Assembly (NCBI GenBank): GCA_902385155.1
Contig: CABMEP010000051.1
Coordinates: forward strand, 1-44,244
Direction: 5' to 3'
Length of the DNA stretch: 44,244 bases
From: an uncultured archaeon
Lineage (GTDB): Archaea; Micrarchaeota; Micrarchaeia; CABMEP01
Of this stretch, positions 34,556-42,982 are shown piece by piece. Made by a program: the position numbers and the translations under genes. Position 1 is the first letter of the stretch. Each line of letters begins with the position of its first letter. Below the pieces are notes generated by a model. That model was not told where the DNA came from and did not search any database. It worked only from the letters and a program-made list of their open reading frames with translations.

Positions 34556-35386
34556 CTAGTCGCTGGAGGTCGGGTCGTGATGGAAGAGCACCAGAAGGCC
34601 TGCCTTTGCCCTCTTCGCGATCTTCACTCCTTCCAGCCACGTGGAGTGGCCCCATCCGATCTTGGACGGATACTCTTCCGGAGTGTACTGCGCGTCGTAG
34701 ATCAGTATGTCCGACCCCTTGGCCTGGCCGAGCACAGCGACGTCCATCTCGTTCAGGTGCTCGGTGTCCGACGCGTATGTCGTCACGAAGCCGTTGTGAG
34801 CGATCCTGTAGTTGAAGCAGTCGGACCTCGGGTGCCGGTTGATGTCCGCCCTCACGCTGATGCCGTTGAGCCTGTACGTGGTCGGCTGCAGCTCCTTCAT
34901 CCTGATCCTCGCGCCGAGCTCCGACAGATTGACTGGGAAGTTCGGCGGTTCCATCTGCCCGCGGAGAGTCTCGTTCAGCTTGTATCTCACGCTCTTCGGG
35001 CCGCAGATCAGGAACTGGTTCGCGGGTACGTACGCCGGGACAAAGAACGGGAATCCCTGGATGTGATCCCAGTGCACGTGCGAGAGGAGGATCGTGCCCC
35101 TGTTTCCGAACGTCTGCATCCTCTTCATGAGGTCGAGGCCGAGTTCGCGCAGCCCGCTGCCCGCATCGATGATCATCAGCTGGCGATCGCACTCGAGGCT
35201 GATGCAGGAGGTGTTCCCACCCATTTCCAATGTCTTCTCTCCTGGCGACGGCAGGGACCCCCTCGTGCCCCAGAAACGCAGCGACAGCGAATTCGCGGGC
35301 CCTTCCGCGAGTCCCTCCTTTACGTAGAACACATTTCCGACGGACTTCTCTTGCATGTATTTGGACTGTACAACGATTTTCCTCAT
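34556..35386 (-). CDS. MBL-fold metallo-hydrolase (PhnP/TaR3-like subfamily), interrupted by in-frame TAG
   Basis: Motifs FWGTRGSLPSPG, GGNTSC, IIDAGSGLR, SHVHWDHIQGFPFF (HxHxDH) and a final LFHHDP. The ORF stops 8 codons after HHDP. Confidence 0.8.
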   Translation of the reverse strand: MRKIVVQSKYMQEKSVGNVFYVKEGLAEGPANSLSLRFWGTRGSLPSPGEKTLEMGGNTSCISLECDRQLMIIDAGSGLRELGLDLMKRMQTFGNRGTILLSHVHWDHIQGFPFFVPAYVPANQFLICGPKSVRYKLNETLRGQMEPPNFPVNLSELGARIRMKELQPTTYRLNGISVRADINRHPRSDCFNYRIAHNGFVTTYASDTEHLNEMDVAVLGQAKGSDILIYDAQYTPEEYPSKIGWGHSTWLEGVKIAKRAKAGLLVLFHHDPTSSD

Positions 35387-35474
35387 ACCATCATCCTCCT
35401 TTCGGTTGACTGAGCAGATAACGGAATCGGCTCATATTAAACTTGTTCAGGATTTTTTGCAGAATATCCGGATG

Positions 35475-35484
35475 TTTTAATAAT
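35475..35484 (+). promoter_or_regulatory. TATA box for Lrp-type regulator gene
   Basis: TTTTAATAAT is centred ~26 nt upstream of ATG 35505. Confidence 0.5.
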
Positions 35485-35504
35485 TACTGCGGTTATATCG
35501 GAAT

Positions 35505-36545
35505 ATGTCAGAAAAGAGGGAAGAAACAGCGGAATCGGCCGGATCCAAGCTCCAGCACATAGCGGCAGAGATGAGGCTCAACGCAAAGGACAGGAAGATA
35601 CTGAAGGAGCTGGAACAGAACGCACGGCTCCCTGCCTCGCAGATCGCGAGGAGGACCGGCCTGTCCGTCGAGTCCGCCAATTACAGGCTGAGGAACCTGA
35701 TGGAGCGCGGCATCGTCAGGAGGAACTACGCGATGTACGACCTCCCCAGGATGGGATACAACATCTACCGCATCCTCCTCCAGCTCGAGAACATGCCTGC
35801 GAGGGAGGAGGCGGAGCTGCTGGAACATCTCAGGAACGTCCCCTCCGCGCTGTGGGTCGGCACCGCGAACGGCGCCTGGGACATGCTTACGACCGTCCTC
35901 GCCAGGGACGTGACCGAGTTCAATGGAATAATCGAGGAGATACTCGCGAAGCACGGAAAGCATATCAGGAACAAGGATATCACGATGACGGTGCTCCAGA
36001 CATCAGAGCCGCCGGGGCACATTACGGGGAAGGAGACGAGGATAGGATACCGGACTCCTCCGAAAGAGGCGGCGGACCTCGATGAGACCGACTACAGGAT
36101 AATGACTCTCCTCTACAGGGACGCGCGGATGCCAACCACGGATATCGCAAAGAGCATCGGAGTATCGAGCGATACGGTCCAATACAGGATCAAGAAGTTG
36201 ACGGAAGACAAGATGATCAAGCGGTTCATGTGCTGGATGGACAGGAAGCTCCTCGGATACCAGCACTACAAGGTGCTGATCCGGCTGCAGTTCGCCGCGA
36301 ACGAGCAGAAGAAGCGGCTGATCGCGTACTGCAACAACCACCCGAACATCATATTCTTCGCGTCAATCATAGGATCGTGGGACATGGAGATAGACATGGA
36401 CGCCAAGAGCGCCGCAGACTTCCACGCCATGATGAGGGACCTGAGGAACGAATTCTCAGACATCATCCGGAACTACGAGAGCGTCATCATAATCGACGAC
36501 TACCTCTGCATGCCGGAATTCAGGCCGCCGGCGCAGGGCCGTTGA
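35505..36545 (+). CDS. tandem-fused Lrp/AsnC-family transcriptional regulator (two HTH+RAM units)
   Basis: There are two HTH_AsnC-like segments: DRKILKELEQNARLPASQIARRTGLSVESANYRLRNLMERGIV and DYRIMTLLYRDARMPTTDIAKSIGVSSDTVQYRIKKLTEDKMI. Each is followed by a RAM-like domain. Confidence 0.85.
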   Translation: MSEKREETAESAGSKLQHIAAEMRLNAKDRKILKELEQNARLPASQIARRTGLSVESANYRLRNLMERGIVRRNYAMYDLPRMGYNIYRILLQLENMPAREEAELLEHLRNVPSALWVGTANGAWDMLTTVLARDVTEFNGIIEEILAKHGKHIRNKDITMTVLQTSEPPGHITGKETRIGYRTPPKEAADLDETDYRIMTLLYRDARMPTTDIAKSIGVSSDTVQYRIKKLTEDKMIKRFMCWMDRKLLGYQHYKVLIRLQFAANEQKKRLIAYCNNHPNIIFFASIIGSWDMEIDMDAKSAADFHAMMRDLRNEFSDIIRNYESVIIIDDYLCMPEFRPPAQGR

Positions 36546-36557
36546 ATGGGCCGAATC

Positions 36558-39134
36558 TCAGAATCCCGGATGCTCCCTGTAGAACCTCGCCTTGAAGAAC
36601 TCCACGAGGCCGAGGTACACGACAACGAATCCCGCCAGCACCAGCAGGAAGTCCATCGGCGGCGGGGTGAATCCGAAATACGCGCCCAGCGGAGTGTACG
36701 GCAGCGCCATGGCGGCCGCGACGACGAGCAGCGAACTGACAGCGAGCAGGAGGCCCGGTCTGCTCTGGTAGAACGGCCTCCTCGTCCTTATGATGAATAT
36801 GATCATGGTCTGGGTGCAGAGCGATTCCATGAACCAGGCGGTCTGGAACAGCGACGCCGACGCGTTGAAGACGAATATCATGACCCCGAACGTGAGAAAA
36901 TCAAACAGCGAGCTGAACGGCCCGAAGAACACCATGAAATCCTTGATGAACTTGACATCCATCCTCTTCGGCTTCTCCACGTACTCCTTGTCCACATTAT
37001 CGGTGGAGATCGTCATCTCCGAGAAGTCGTACAACAGGTTGTTGAGCAGGATTTGTATAGGCAGCATGGGCAAGAAGTTCATGAACAGCGACGCCCCCGC
37101 CGCGCTGAACATGTTGCCGAAATTGGAACTGATGCCCATCTGTATGTACTTCATCGTGTTCCCGAACGTCTTCCGCCCCTCCAGGACGCCGTCATAGAGG
37201 ACGTGCAGCGACTTGTGCAGCAGGATGAGGTCCGCGGACTCCTTCGCGACGTCCACCGCGTTGTTGACGGAGATGCTGACATCCGCCTTCCTCATCGGCG
37301 GCGCGTCGTTGATCCCGTCGCCCAGGAATCCGACAACATGGCCGTTGCGCTTCAGCGCCTCGATGATCCTCTCCTTCTGTATGGGGGTGACGCGCGCGAA
37401 TATGTTCGCCTTCTCCACGGCCTTGGTGAGCGCCTCGTCCGGCAGCCCGGCGATCTCGGATCCGGTGAGTATGCCTTTGATCTTGAACCCGAGCTGCCCG
37501 CAGATGTTCCAGGTGACGAGCTCGTTGTCCCCGGTGAGGACCTTCAATTCGATGCCTGACTTGCTGAGAAGCTGCAGCGACTCCTTCGAAGTCTTCTTCG
37601 GGGGGTCTATGAACGCCACGAACCCGAGGAACACCAGGTCCTTCTCGTCATGGATGGAGTATTCGGTCCTGCCGTCGCTGGGACGGCCATAGGATATCGC
37701 GAGCACGCGGAATCCCTTCTCGCTGAGGTCCTCGTATCTCTTCTCCATCCTCTTCCTGGCGCGGCTGTCGATCTCCACTGCCTTGCCGCTGGACTCGTAT
37801 CTCGAGCATATCCTGAATACGTCCTCCGGAGCGCCCTTCGTCAGTAATATCTTCTCCCTCCCCTTCCTCACCACGACGGAAGAGCGCCTGCGCGCGAAAT
37901 CGAACGGTATCTCGTCCACCTTCAAATGGCCTTTGATGTCCGCCTTCTCATGGGAGATTATCGCCTCGTCAAGGGGGGTACGCAGGCCCGTCTGGTAATA
38001 GCTGTTGAGGAACGAGTAGAGGAACACCTTCTCGCTCTCCTTGCCGTCCATGTCGACGTGGAGGAGCAGGGTGACCTTGTTCTCCGTGAGCGTGCCCGTC
38101 TTGTCGGTGCACAGCGTGTCCATGCTGCCGAAGTTCTGTATCGACGCCAGGCGCTTGACGATGACTCCCTTGTCCGCCATCGCCATCGCGCCCTTCGAGA
38201 GGTTGATCGATAGTATCATCGGCAGGAGCTCCGGCGTGAGACCGACCGCAAGCGCGATCGCGAACAGCAGCGACTCGAGCGGGTTCTGCTTCAATATCGC
38301 CTGTGAGATGAACGCGAACAGCACGAGAAGCATCGTCACCTTCGTGATCATCGCGCCGAACTCCCTCAGCCCCTTGTCGAACTCGGTCTCGGGCCTCCGC
38401 TCCACGGATTCCTTGATGATCGCGCCGTACTCCGTGGAGACGCCGGTCCTCATGACAAGCGCTGTCGCAGTGCCGCTGATGATCGATGTGCCCATGAAGA
38501 GGTAGTTATCCCATCCCGTCACGTCCTGGATCGTGTTCGGCTTCAGCGCGGCCGCGAACTTCTCCGCGGGGAACGACTCGCCCGTGAGCGCGGACTGGTC
38601 CACGAAGAAATCCTTGGCGGAGATGATCCTCGCGTCCGCGGGCACGATGTCCCCGGCAGACAGCATGACGATGTCGCCCGGCACGAGGTCGGAGAGATGC
38701 ACCTCCTCCTTCCTGCCGTCGCGGAATACCTCCGCCATGGTCGCGACACGCTTCTTGAGGGACTCGGCCGCGCGCTCGGCCCTGTATTTCTGCACGAAAT
38801 CCAGGACGACGCTGATGAGCACCATGACGTAGATGATCACCGCGTTGACCACCTCGCCGAGGGCGCCTGATATCGCGCCGGCGATGAGCAGTATGAGGAT
38901 GAGGGGATTGGCGAAATGCGAGAGGAAATCGACCAGCAGCGGGGCCTTCTTCCTCTTGGCCAGCTCGTTGTGGCCGTACAGGGCCTGGCGGCGGTGGATG
39001 TCCTTCTGGCTGAGCCCTGTCCGGGGGTCGGAGCCCAGATCGGACAGGAGCTGCTCTATGGGAGAGCAGAGCATCCTCTTCTTGTCCATCTCCTGCGACT
39101 TGGCCTGCAGTACGGTATCGTTTGGTGCGCCCAT
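36558..39134 (-). CDS. mgtA: Mg2+-transporting P-type ATPase (MgtA type)
   Basis: Motifs CTDKTGTLT, TGDN and LGDGINDAPPMRKADVSISV, plus the MgtA-type NLLYDFSEMTISTDNVD. The start is set at ATG 39134 (MGAPNDT) because the track extension overlaps tRNA-Val. Confidence 0.9.
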   Translation of the reverse strand: MGAPNDTVLQAKSQEMDKKRMLCSPIEQLLSDLGSDPRTGLSQKDIHRRQALYGHNELAKRKKAPLLVDFLSHFANPLILILLIAGAISGALGEVVNAVIIYVMVLISVVLDFVQKYRAERAAESLKKRVATMAEVFRDGRKEEVHLSDLVPGDIVMLSAGDIVPADARIISAKDFFVDQSALTGESFPAEKFAAALKPNTIQDVTGWDNYLFMGTSIISGTATALVMRTGVSTEYGAIIKESVERRPETEFDKGLREFGAMITKVTMLLVLFAFISQAILKQNPLESLLFAIALAVGLTPELLPMILSINLSKGAMAMADKGVIVKRLASIQNFGSMDTLCTDKTGTLTENKVTLLLHVDMDGKESEKVFLYSFLNSYYQTGLRTPLDEAIISHEKADIKGHLKVDEIPFDFARRRSSVVVRKGREKILLTKGAPEDVFRICSRYESSGKAVEIDSRARKRMEKRYEDLSEKGFRVLAISYGRPSDGRTEYSIHDEKDLVFLGFVAFIDPPKKTSKESLQLLSKSGIELKVLTGDNELVTWNICGQLGFKIKGILTGSEIAGLPDEALTKAVEKANIFARVTPIQKERIIEALKRNGHVVGFLGDGINDAPPMRKADVSISVNNAVDVAKESADLILLHKSLHVLYDGVLEGRKTFGNTMKYIQMGISSNFGNMFSAAGASLFMNFLPMLPIQILLNNLLYDFSEMTISTDNVDKEYVEKPKRMDVKFIKDFMVFFGPFSSLFDFLTFGVMIFVFNASASLFQTAWFMESLCTQTMIIFIIRTRRPFYQSRPGLLLAVSSLLVVAAAMALPYTPLGAYFGFTPPPMDFLLVLAGFVVVYLGLVEFFKARFYREHPGF

Positions 39135-39201
39135 GCGTTCAACGGTCGCCGGCCGGGTTGAAAAACATTTTGATATGGCGGAATGCCGGAAGAAAGAGCA
39201 G

Positions 39202-39274
39202 TGGGCCCGGGGAGGATCGAACTCCCAATCTCTACCTTGTAAGGGTAGCGTCTTAGCCATTCGACTACAGGCCC
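39202..39274 (-). tRNA. tRNA-Val(UAC)
   Basis: Hand-folded. The acceptor is GGGCCUG/CGGGCCC, the anticodon stem is CUACC/GGUAG and the loop is CUUACAA. The T arm GGGAG-UUCGAUC-CUCCC is identical to that of tRNA-Val(CAC). Confidence 0.9.
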
Positions 39275-39410
39275 GCGCACGGATTACGTACGACGGGCAT
39301 ATAAAGATTTATATATCCTGACCGCCCAAAGGGAGATACAGGCGACAAGTTCTAGGCAATCGGAATCAGGCGACTGTACAACCGCGACGCATAGTCATGC
39401 GCGTCCGGAC

Positions 39411-39968
39411 ATGAATAAGGTGTTAACGATGACAACAGGTGCTACAATGACAAAGACTAGAGAAACTCATCTTCCGCACGGAACGCACGATCACGCGACC
39501 CGGGCGCCAAGGGGCCACAACAAGATGGAGCGGGTGTTCACCCACCTCCGCGAGGCGTACAAGGCCCTTGAGTCTAGGGAAGCGATGAAGCCGACATACC
39601 GCGTTTATGACGGCAAGGTGCTGAAGATGCTCCACCAGAAGGTCTACGTCGCGAAGGCGGACGAATCCATCGCGGATGTGCTCGGGAAGATAGGCGACCA
39701 GAAGAAGCTGGCGGACGCCGTGGCGTTCTTCACGGATAAAGGCAGCCTGAGATTCGAATGCTTCGTGCTCAACGAGAAGGCGTTCAAGGACATGGCGAGG
39801 ACGGACGCGACTGGCGCCGAGTTCTTCAGCGCACTGCTGATGGAGATGTTCGATTCGAACAAGAAAGGGCTGACGCTGGAGGAGATCTCCGACCTCCACA
39901 GGTACAAGCCGGCCTATGTCAGGCAGATCATCGACACCACGATGGAGACCGTCCTGATCAAAGTGTAG
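39411..39968 (+). CDS. hypothetical protein with sigma70-region-4-like C-terminal HTH (paralogue A)
   Basis: The C-terminus LTLEEISDLHRYKPAYVRQIIDTTMETVL resembles a sigma70 r4 / LuxR-type HTH. ATG 39525 (MERVF) would match the length of the paralogue. Confidence 0.5.
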   Translation: MNKVLTMTTGATMTKTRETHLPHGTHDHATRAPRGHNKMERVFTHLREAYKALESREAMKPTYRVYDGKVLKMLHQKVYVAKADESIADVLGKIGDQKKLADAVAFFTDKGSLRFECFVLNEKAFKDMARTDATGAEFFSALLMEMFDSNKKGLTLEEISDLHRYKPAYVRQIIDTTMETVLIKV

Positions 39969-40000
39969 CCGGCCAACCGATACGGATTGAAGTGATATTT

Positions 40001-40420
40001 ATGGCAACCACGGTAGCGACGATCAATGAGAGGCAGAAAGCGGCGCGCATCCTCCCGCCATTCAGGAACCTCGTCATGGAGGAGGGGGTCCTGAAAGCGG
40101 ACGGGGCAGTCAGGAAGGACAAGGAGGAGGGCTACACCAGGTGCTATTACCCTGACAGCGACGTGATAGAGGAGATAGGCCCGACCGGCATCAAGGTGAG
40201 ATTCGCATTCGACAGGTCCGCGTTCAAGAGGCTCGAGAGGGAAGAGCCGAAGAAGGCGGCCGTATTCTACAGGTACAACGCAGAGATGTTCGGGTCGGTG
40301 TCATGCGACATCGCCTATCTCGTCAGGCTGTACGGGACGACTCCGTCGCAGGTCAAGGAAGAGCTGTGCGGGGCTGAACGGGAAGTCCTGAAGATAAAGG
40401 GGATAACCCAGCAGCGCTGA
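40001..40420 (+). CDS. hypothetical protein, paralogue B of the upstream gene
   Basis: VRFAFDRSAFKRLEREEPKKAAVFYRYNAEMF and YLVRLYGTTPSQVKEEL align by eye with LRFECFVLNEKAFKDMARTDATGAEFFSALLMEMF and ISDLHRYKPAYVRQII in paralogue A. Confidence 0.5.
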   Translation: MATTVATINERQKAARILPPFRNLVMEEGVLKADGAVRKDKEEGYTRCYYPDSDVIEEIGPTGIKVRFAFDRSAFKRLEREEPKKAAVFYRYNAEMFGSVSCDIAYLVRLYGTTPSQVKEELCGAEREVLKIKGITQQR

Positions 40421-40467
40421 TCCGGATCATGCTGCTGTTCAGCCATTCTACCGTCAGCTAGTAAGGA

Positions 40468-41874
40468 TCAGATCACGCTTTCCTCGGTCGGAGCCTTGAC
40501 GCCGTAGTCGCTCGTCGTGGTCCTCCACATCGAGCCGTACTTCTTCTGCATCTGCTGCTCCACCGGCTTGGCCTTCTCTATCGCCACGTCCACATGGCGC
40601 GCCTCGATCATCTCGGAGCTGTCCATCGTTGCTGAATCGCCAGCGAGCTTGATGATGCCCGCGAGATCCCTGAGTCGCAGCGTGAGCCCTTCCTTGCCGT
40701 CGAACTGCTTTGCCCTGCGCCTGGATTCGTCTATGATGCGCTGGATCGCGGACGAATCGGCCGGAGGTATCCTGCCGTCCTTCACGATCTCCTGCGCGAT
40801 GAACTGGATGACCTTCTTGACGTTCTTCGGATTGTCCGGCATGATGTTGTTCATGAGTATCTCGTAGCCGTTGCCCAGTATCCTGGAGCGCAGGGGCGCC
40901 AGTATGGTCTGCACGTCGTTGAAGTTCACTGCGGCCACAAGTATGAAGTCGGAAGGCACGCCGTCCACGCGCACGGACGAGCCGGTGGAGGACTGGTTCC
41001 TGCCGGTTATCGGGTATTTCTTCTCCTGCATTGCCGTCAGCAGGAACCGCTGCAGCTTGCCAAGCGAGGAAAGCTCGTCTATGAAAAGCACGCCCTCGTG
41101 CGCCTCGTGCACAGCCCCCGGCACAACCCTTGTGTAGGGAATCGAGCCTATCTGGGGGTGCGAGCCGTACGGGTCGTGCCTCACATCGCCAAGAAGCTCG
41201 GTCTCCGAAGCGCCGGTGGCCTGCACAAATGAGGGCCGGTCCAGAGGCAGCAGCACCTTGAACTGCATCTTCTGCCGCAGCTCCGCGATCTTGACAAGCT
41301 CCTTCTGCGTAAGCAGCGCCACCCTGGCGCCGCGCCTCTCGAACACCACAAGCTCCTCCTTGCCCTCGCGGACGCGCGTGGTCTGCACGCGGTCCTCGCG
41401 CTCCATGGAGCGGCCAACCAGCAGGTCCTCAAACGGCCCGCGCGCCTTGCGGTACTTGTCCGCGCCGCACGGGCATATCTGCGCGTCGGGGCTGGAAATC
41501 CTGGCGCAGCGCCTGCAGCGGAAGCCCAGCTTCTCCGAGACAAACGAGGGCACCTGCTCCGGGTCCAGAAGCTGCGCGGCCGGCTGCTTATCGCTTTTTT
41601 TGGATGTATGGGCGCGCACCTGCACGAGCGGCCGCTCGGGGTGCTCGGGATTGTGGAGCACAATCACTTCCTGGCGCGGCTTGGGAAGCGAGAATGAGAT
41701 TGCCTGCGCCAGCATGCTCTTGCCTGTCCCCGGCGGCCCCACAAGCAGCAGGTGGCGCCTCTGCCTTCCCACCAGCCTGCCTATCCTGACCGCCTCGTCC
41801 TGCCCTATTATCTGCAACAGCGGGTCTGAGGGTATGCGTATCTCCGATGTTGAGGAAATGTCTTCAATGCCCAT
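40468..41874 (-). CDS. LonB-like AAA+ ATPase without protease or transmembrane domains; zinc-ribbon insertion
   Basis: IIGQDEAV...LLLVGPPGTGKSMLAQA (Walker A), GASETELLGDVRHDPYG, GVLFIDEL (Walker B), VPSDFILVAAVN and LRSRI. A CRRC...CPC insertion is present. The ORF ends after the AAA lid. Confidence 0.8.
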   Translation of the reverse strand: MGIEDISSTSEIRIPSDPLLQIIGQDEAVRIGRLVGRQRRHLLLVGPPGTGKSMLAQAISFSLPKPRQEVIVLHNPEHPERPLVQVRAHTSKKSDKQPAAQLLDPEQVPSFVSEKLGFRCRRCARISSPDAQICPCGADKYRKARGPFEDLLVGRSMEREDRVQTTRVREGKEELVVFERRGARVALLTQKELVKIAELRQKMQFKVLLPLDRPSFVQATGASETELLGDVRHDPYGSHPQIGSIPYTRVVPGAVHEAHEGVLFIDELSSLGKLQRFLLTAMQEKKYPITGRNQSSTGSSVRVDGVPSDFILVAAVNFNDVQTILAPLRSRILGNGYEILMNNIMPDNPKNVKKVIQFIAQEIVKDGRIPPADSSAIQRIIDESRRRAKQFDGKEGLTLRLRDLAGIIKLAGDSATMDSSEMIEARHVDVAIEKAKPVEQQMQKKYGSMWRTTTSDYGVKAPTEESVI

Positions 41875-41925
41875 CCTTGCACCTGCCCACGATGGGAAAA
41901 TTAGCCAGGGAAATATATAATTCCA

Positions 41926-42459
41926 CTACTTGGTGTAAACGTAGACCTTCACGCTCATTGCCGTCCGCACGCCGCCGAAATACATCGTGCCGCCGCGGTT
42001 GGCCACCGCCACCTCGCGCGCGCCTGTGAAATTGCTGTCCCCTATGTAGAATGCGCCCGCGACCGAGCCGTTGGAGGGCTCCACCGTGATGTAGTAGCCC
42101 TGCACGCGCAGCAGGTTGCCTATCGCCGTGTAGTTGGCCGGGTTCAGGTCGCCGGTCTTGGTCGAGCCGACCATGTTGGCAAGCCTTTTCACCTTGGAGG
42201 AGTTCAGGCTGTTGGAAAAGCCGTTTGCAAAGCCGACCTGCCTGATGCCGCCCACCGGCACGCTGGTGTTGCCCCAGTTTTCCGGCTGGCCTGGCGAGAA
42301 AAGCGAGTCTGCCACGCGCAGCGCGTCGTCATACACCCCTCCGGTGCGCGCGTCTATGGTCGACTGCACGCCGTACCAGTAGGCCACCAGCGTGGTGAAC
42401 GCTATCACCATTATTACCGTCGCGATTATCGCGTCAAATGAAAAATACTGCCCTTTCAT
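41926..42459 (-). CDS. class III signal peptide (archaeal type IV pilin-like) protein
   Basis: The N-terminus is MKG|QYFSFDAIIATVIMVIAFTTLVAYW, followed by a Gly/Asn/Ser-rich extracellular part. Confidence 0.7.
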   Translation of the reverse strand: MKGQYFSFDAIIATVIMVIAFTTLVAYWYGVQSTIDARTGGVYDDALRVADSLFSPGQPENWGNTSVPVGGIRQVGFANGFSNSLNSSKVKRLANMVGSTKTGDLNPANYTAIGNLLRVQGYYITVEPSNGSVAGAFYIGDSNFTGAREVAVANRGGTMYFGGVRTAMSVKVYVYTK

Positions 42460-42463
42460 GGAA

Positions 42464-42982
42464 TCATCCTGGCTTGAACCTTATGGTCCCGTTCTCATTG
42501 GAAATGTTCAGTGCGAGGCCCTGCGAGGCGTTTATTGCTATCCTGTTGGCCGCGAAGCTTATGAAGCCCGACTGCGTCGTGGCGGTATAGTTGGTGGCTA
42601 TGGCAACCGCGGAATAGCTGGCCGGGCCGCTTGCGCCCTGCCACTCCACATACACAAAGCCGGTCTGCTGGCTCTGCGGGGTGGCGCCCGATGTCACTGA
42701 AAGCGTGTAGGGCCTGTTGAGCAGGCTCCTTGAAAGGAAGAACCTCTCCTCAAAGCCCGGGCCTGCCACGAACGCCGTGTGTATGCGGTCGGCAAGCCCG
42801 TTGGCTATCTCCTGCGCATTGGCGTATTCCGCGCGCGACATCTCCTGGCCTTGTATCTGGAAGAAAATCGCCACTGCCGCCATGAACACCAGGAAGAAGA
42901 ACGAGGCGTAGGATATCAGTTCAACCGAGGCCTGCCCCCCCTTCAATGCAACGCGGCTACTGCGCGTATGTGATATTGACAT
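42464..42982 (-). CDS. class III signal peptide (type IV pilin-like) protein
   Basis: ...RVALKG|GQASVELISYASFFFLVFMAAVAIFF carries the Class_III-signal type QxSxE motif. Start candidates are ATG 42997, 42991 and 42982, or TTG 42946. Confidence 0.65.
   Translation of the reverse strand: MSISHTRSSRVALKGGQASVELISYASFFFLVFMAAVAIFFQIQGQEMSRAEYANAQEIANGLADRIHTAFVAGPGFEERFFLSRSLLNRPYTLSVTSGATPQSQQTGFVYVEWQGASGPASYSAVAIATNYTATTQSGFISFAANRIAINASQGLALNISNENGTIRFKPG

Noticed and set aside
39135-39260. N-terminal extensions of track ORFs that run across tRNA genes: mgtA over tRNA-Val(UAC), 20968..21027 over tRNA-Trp and 11300..11548 over tRNA-Val(CAC).
   Set aside because: The 'peptides' (…GRDWEFDPP…) are translations of tRNA T-arms. 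Internal ATGs with sensible N-termini exist downstream.
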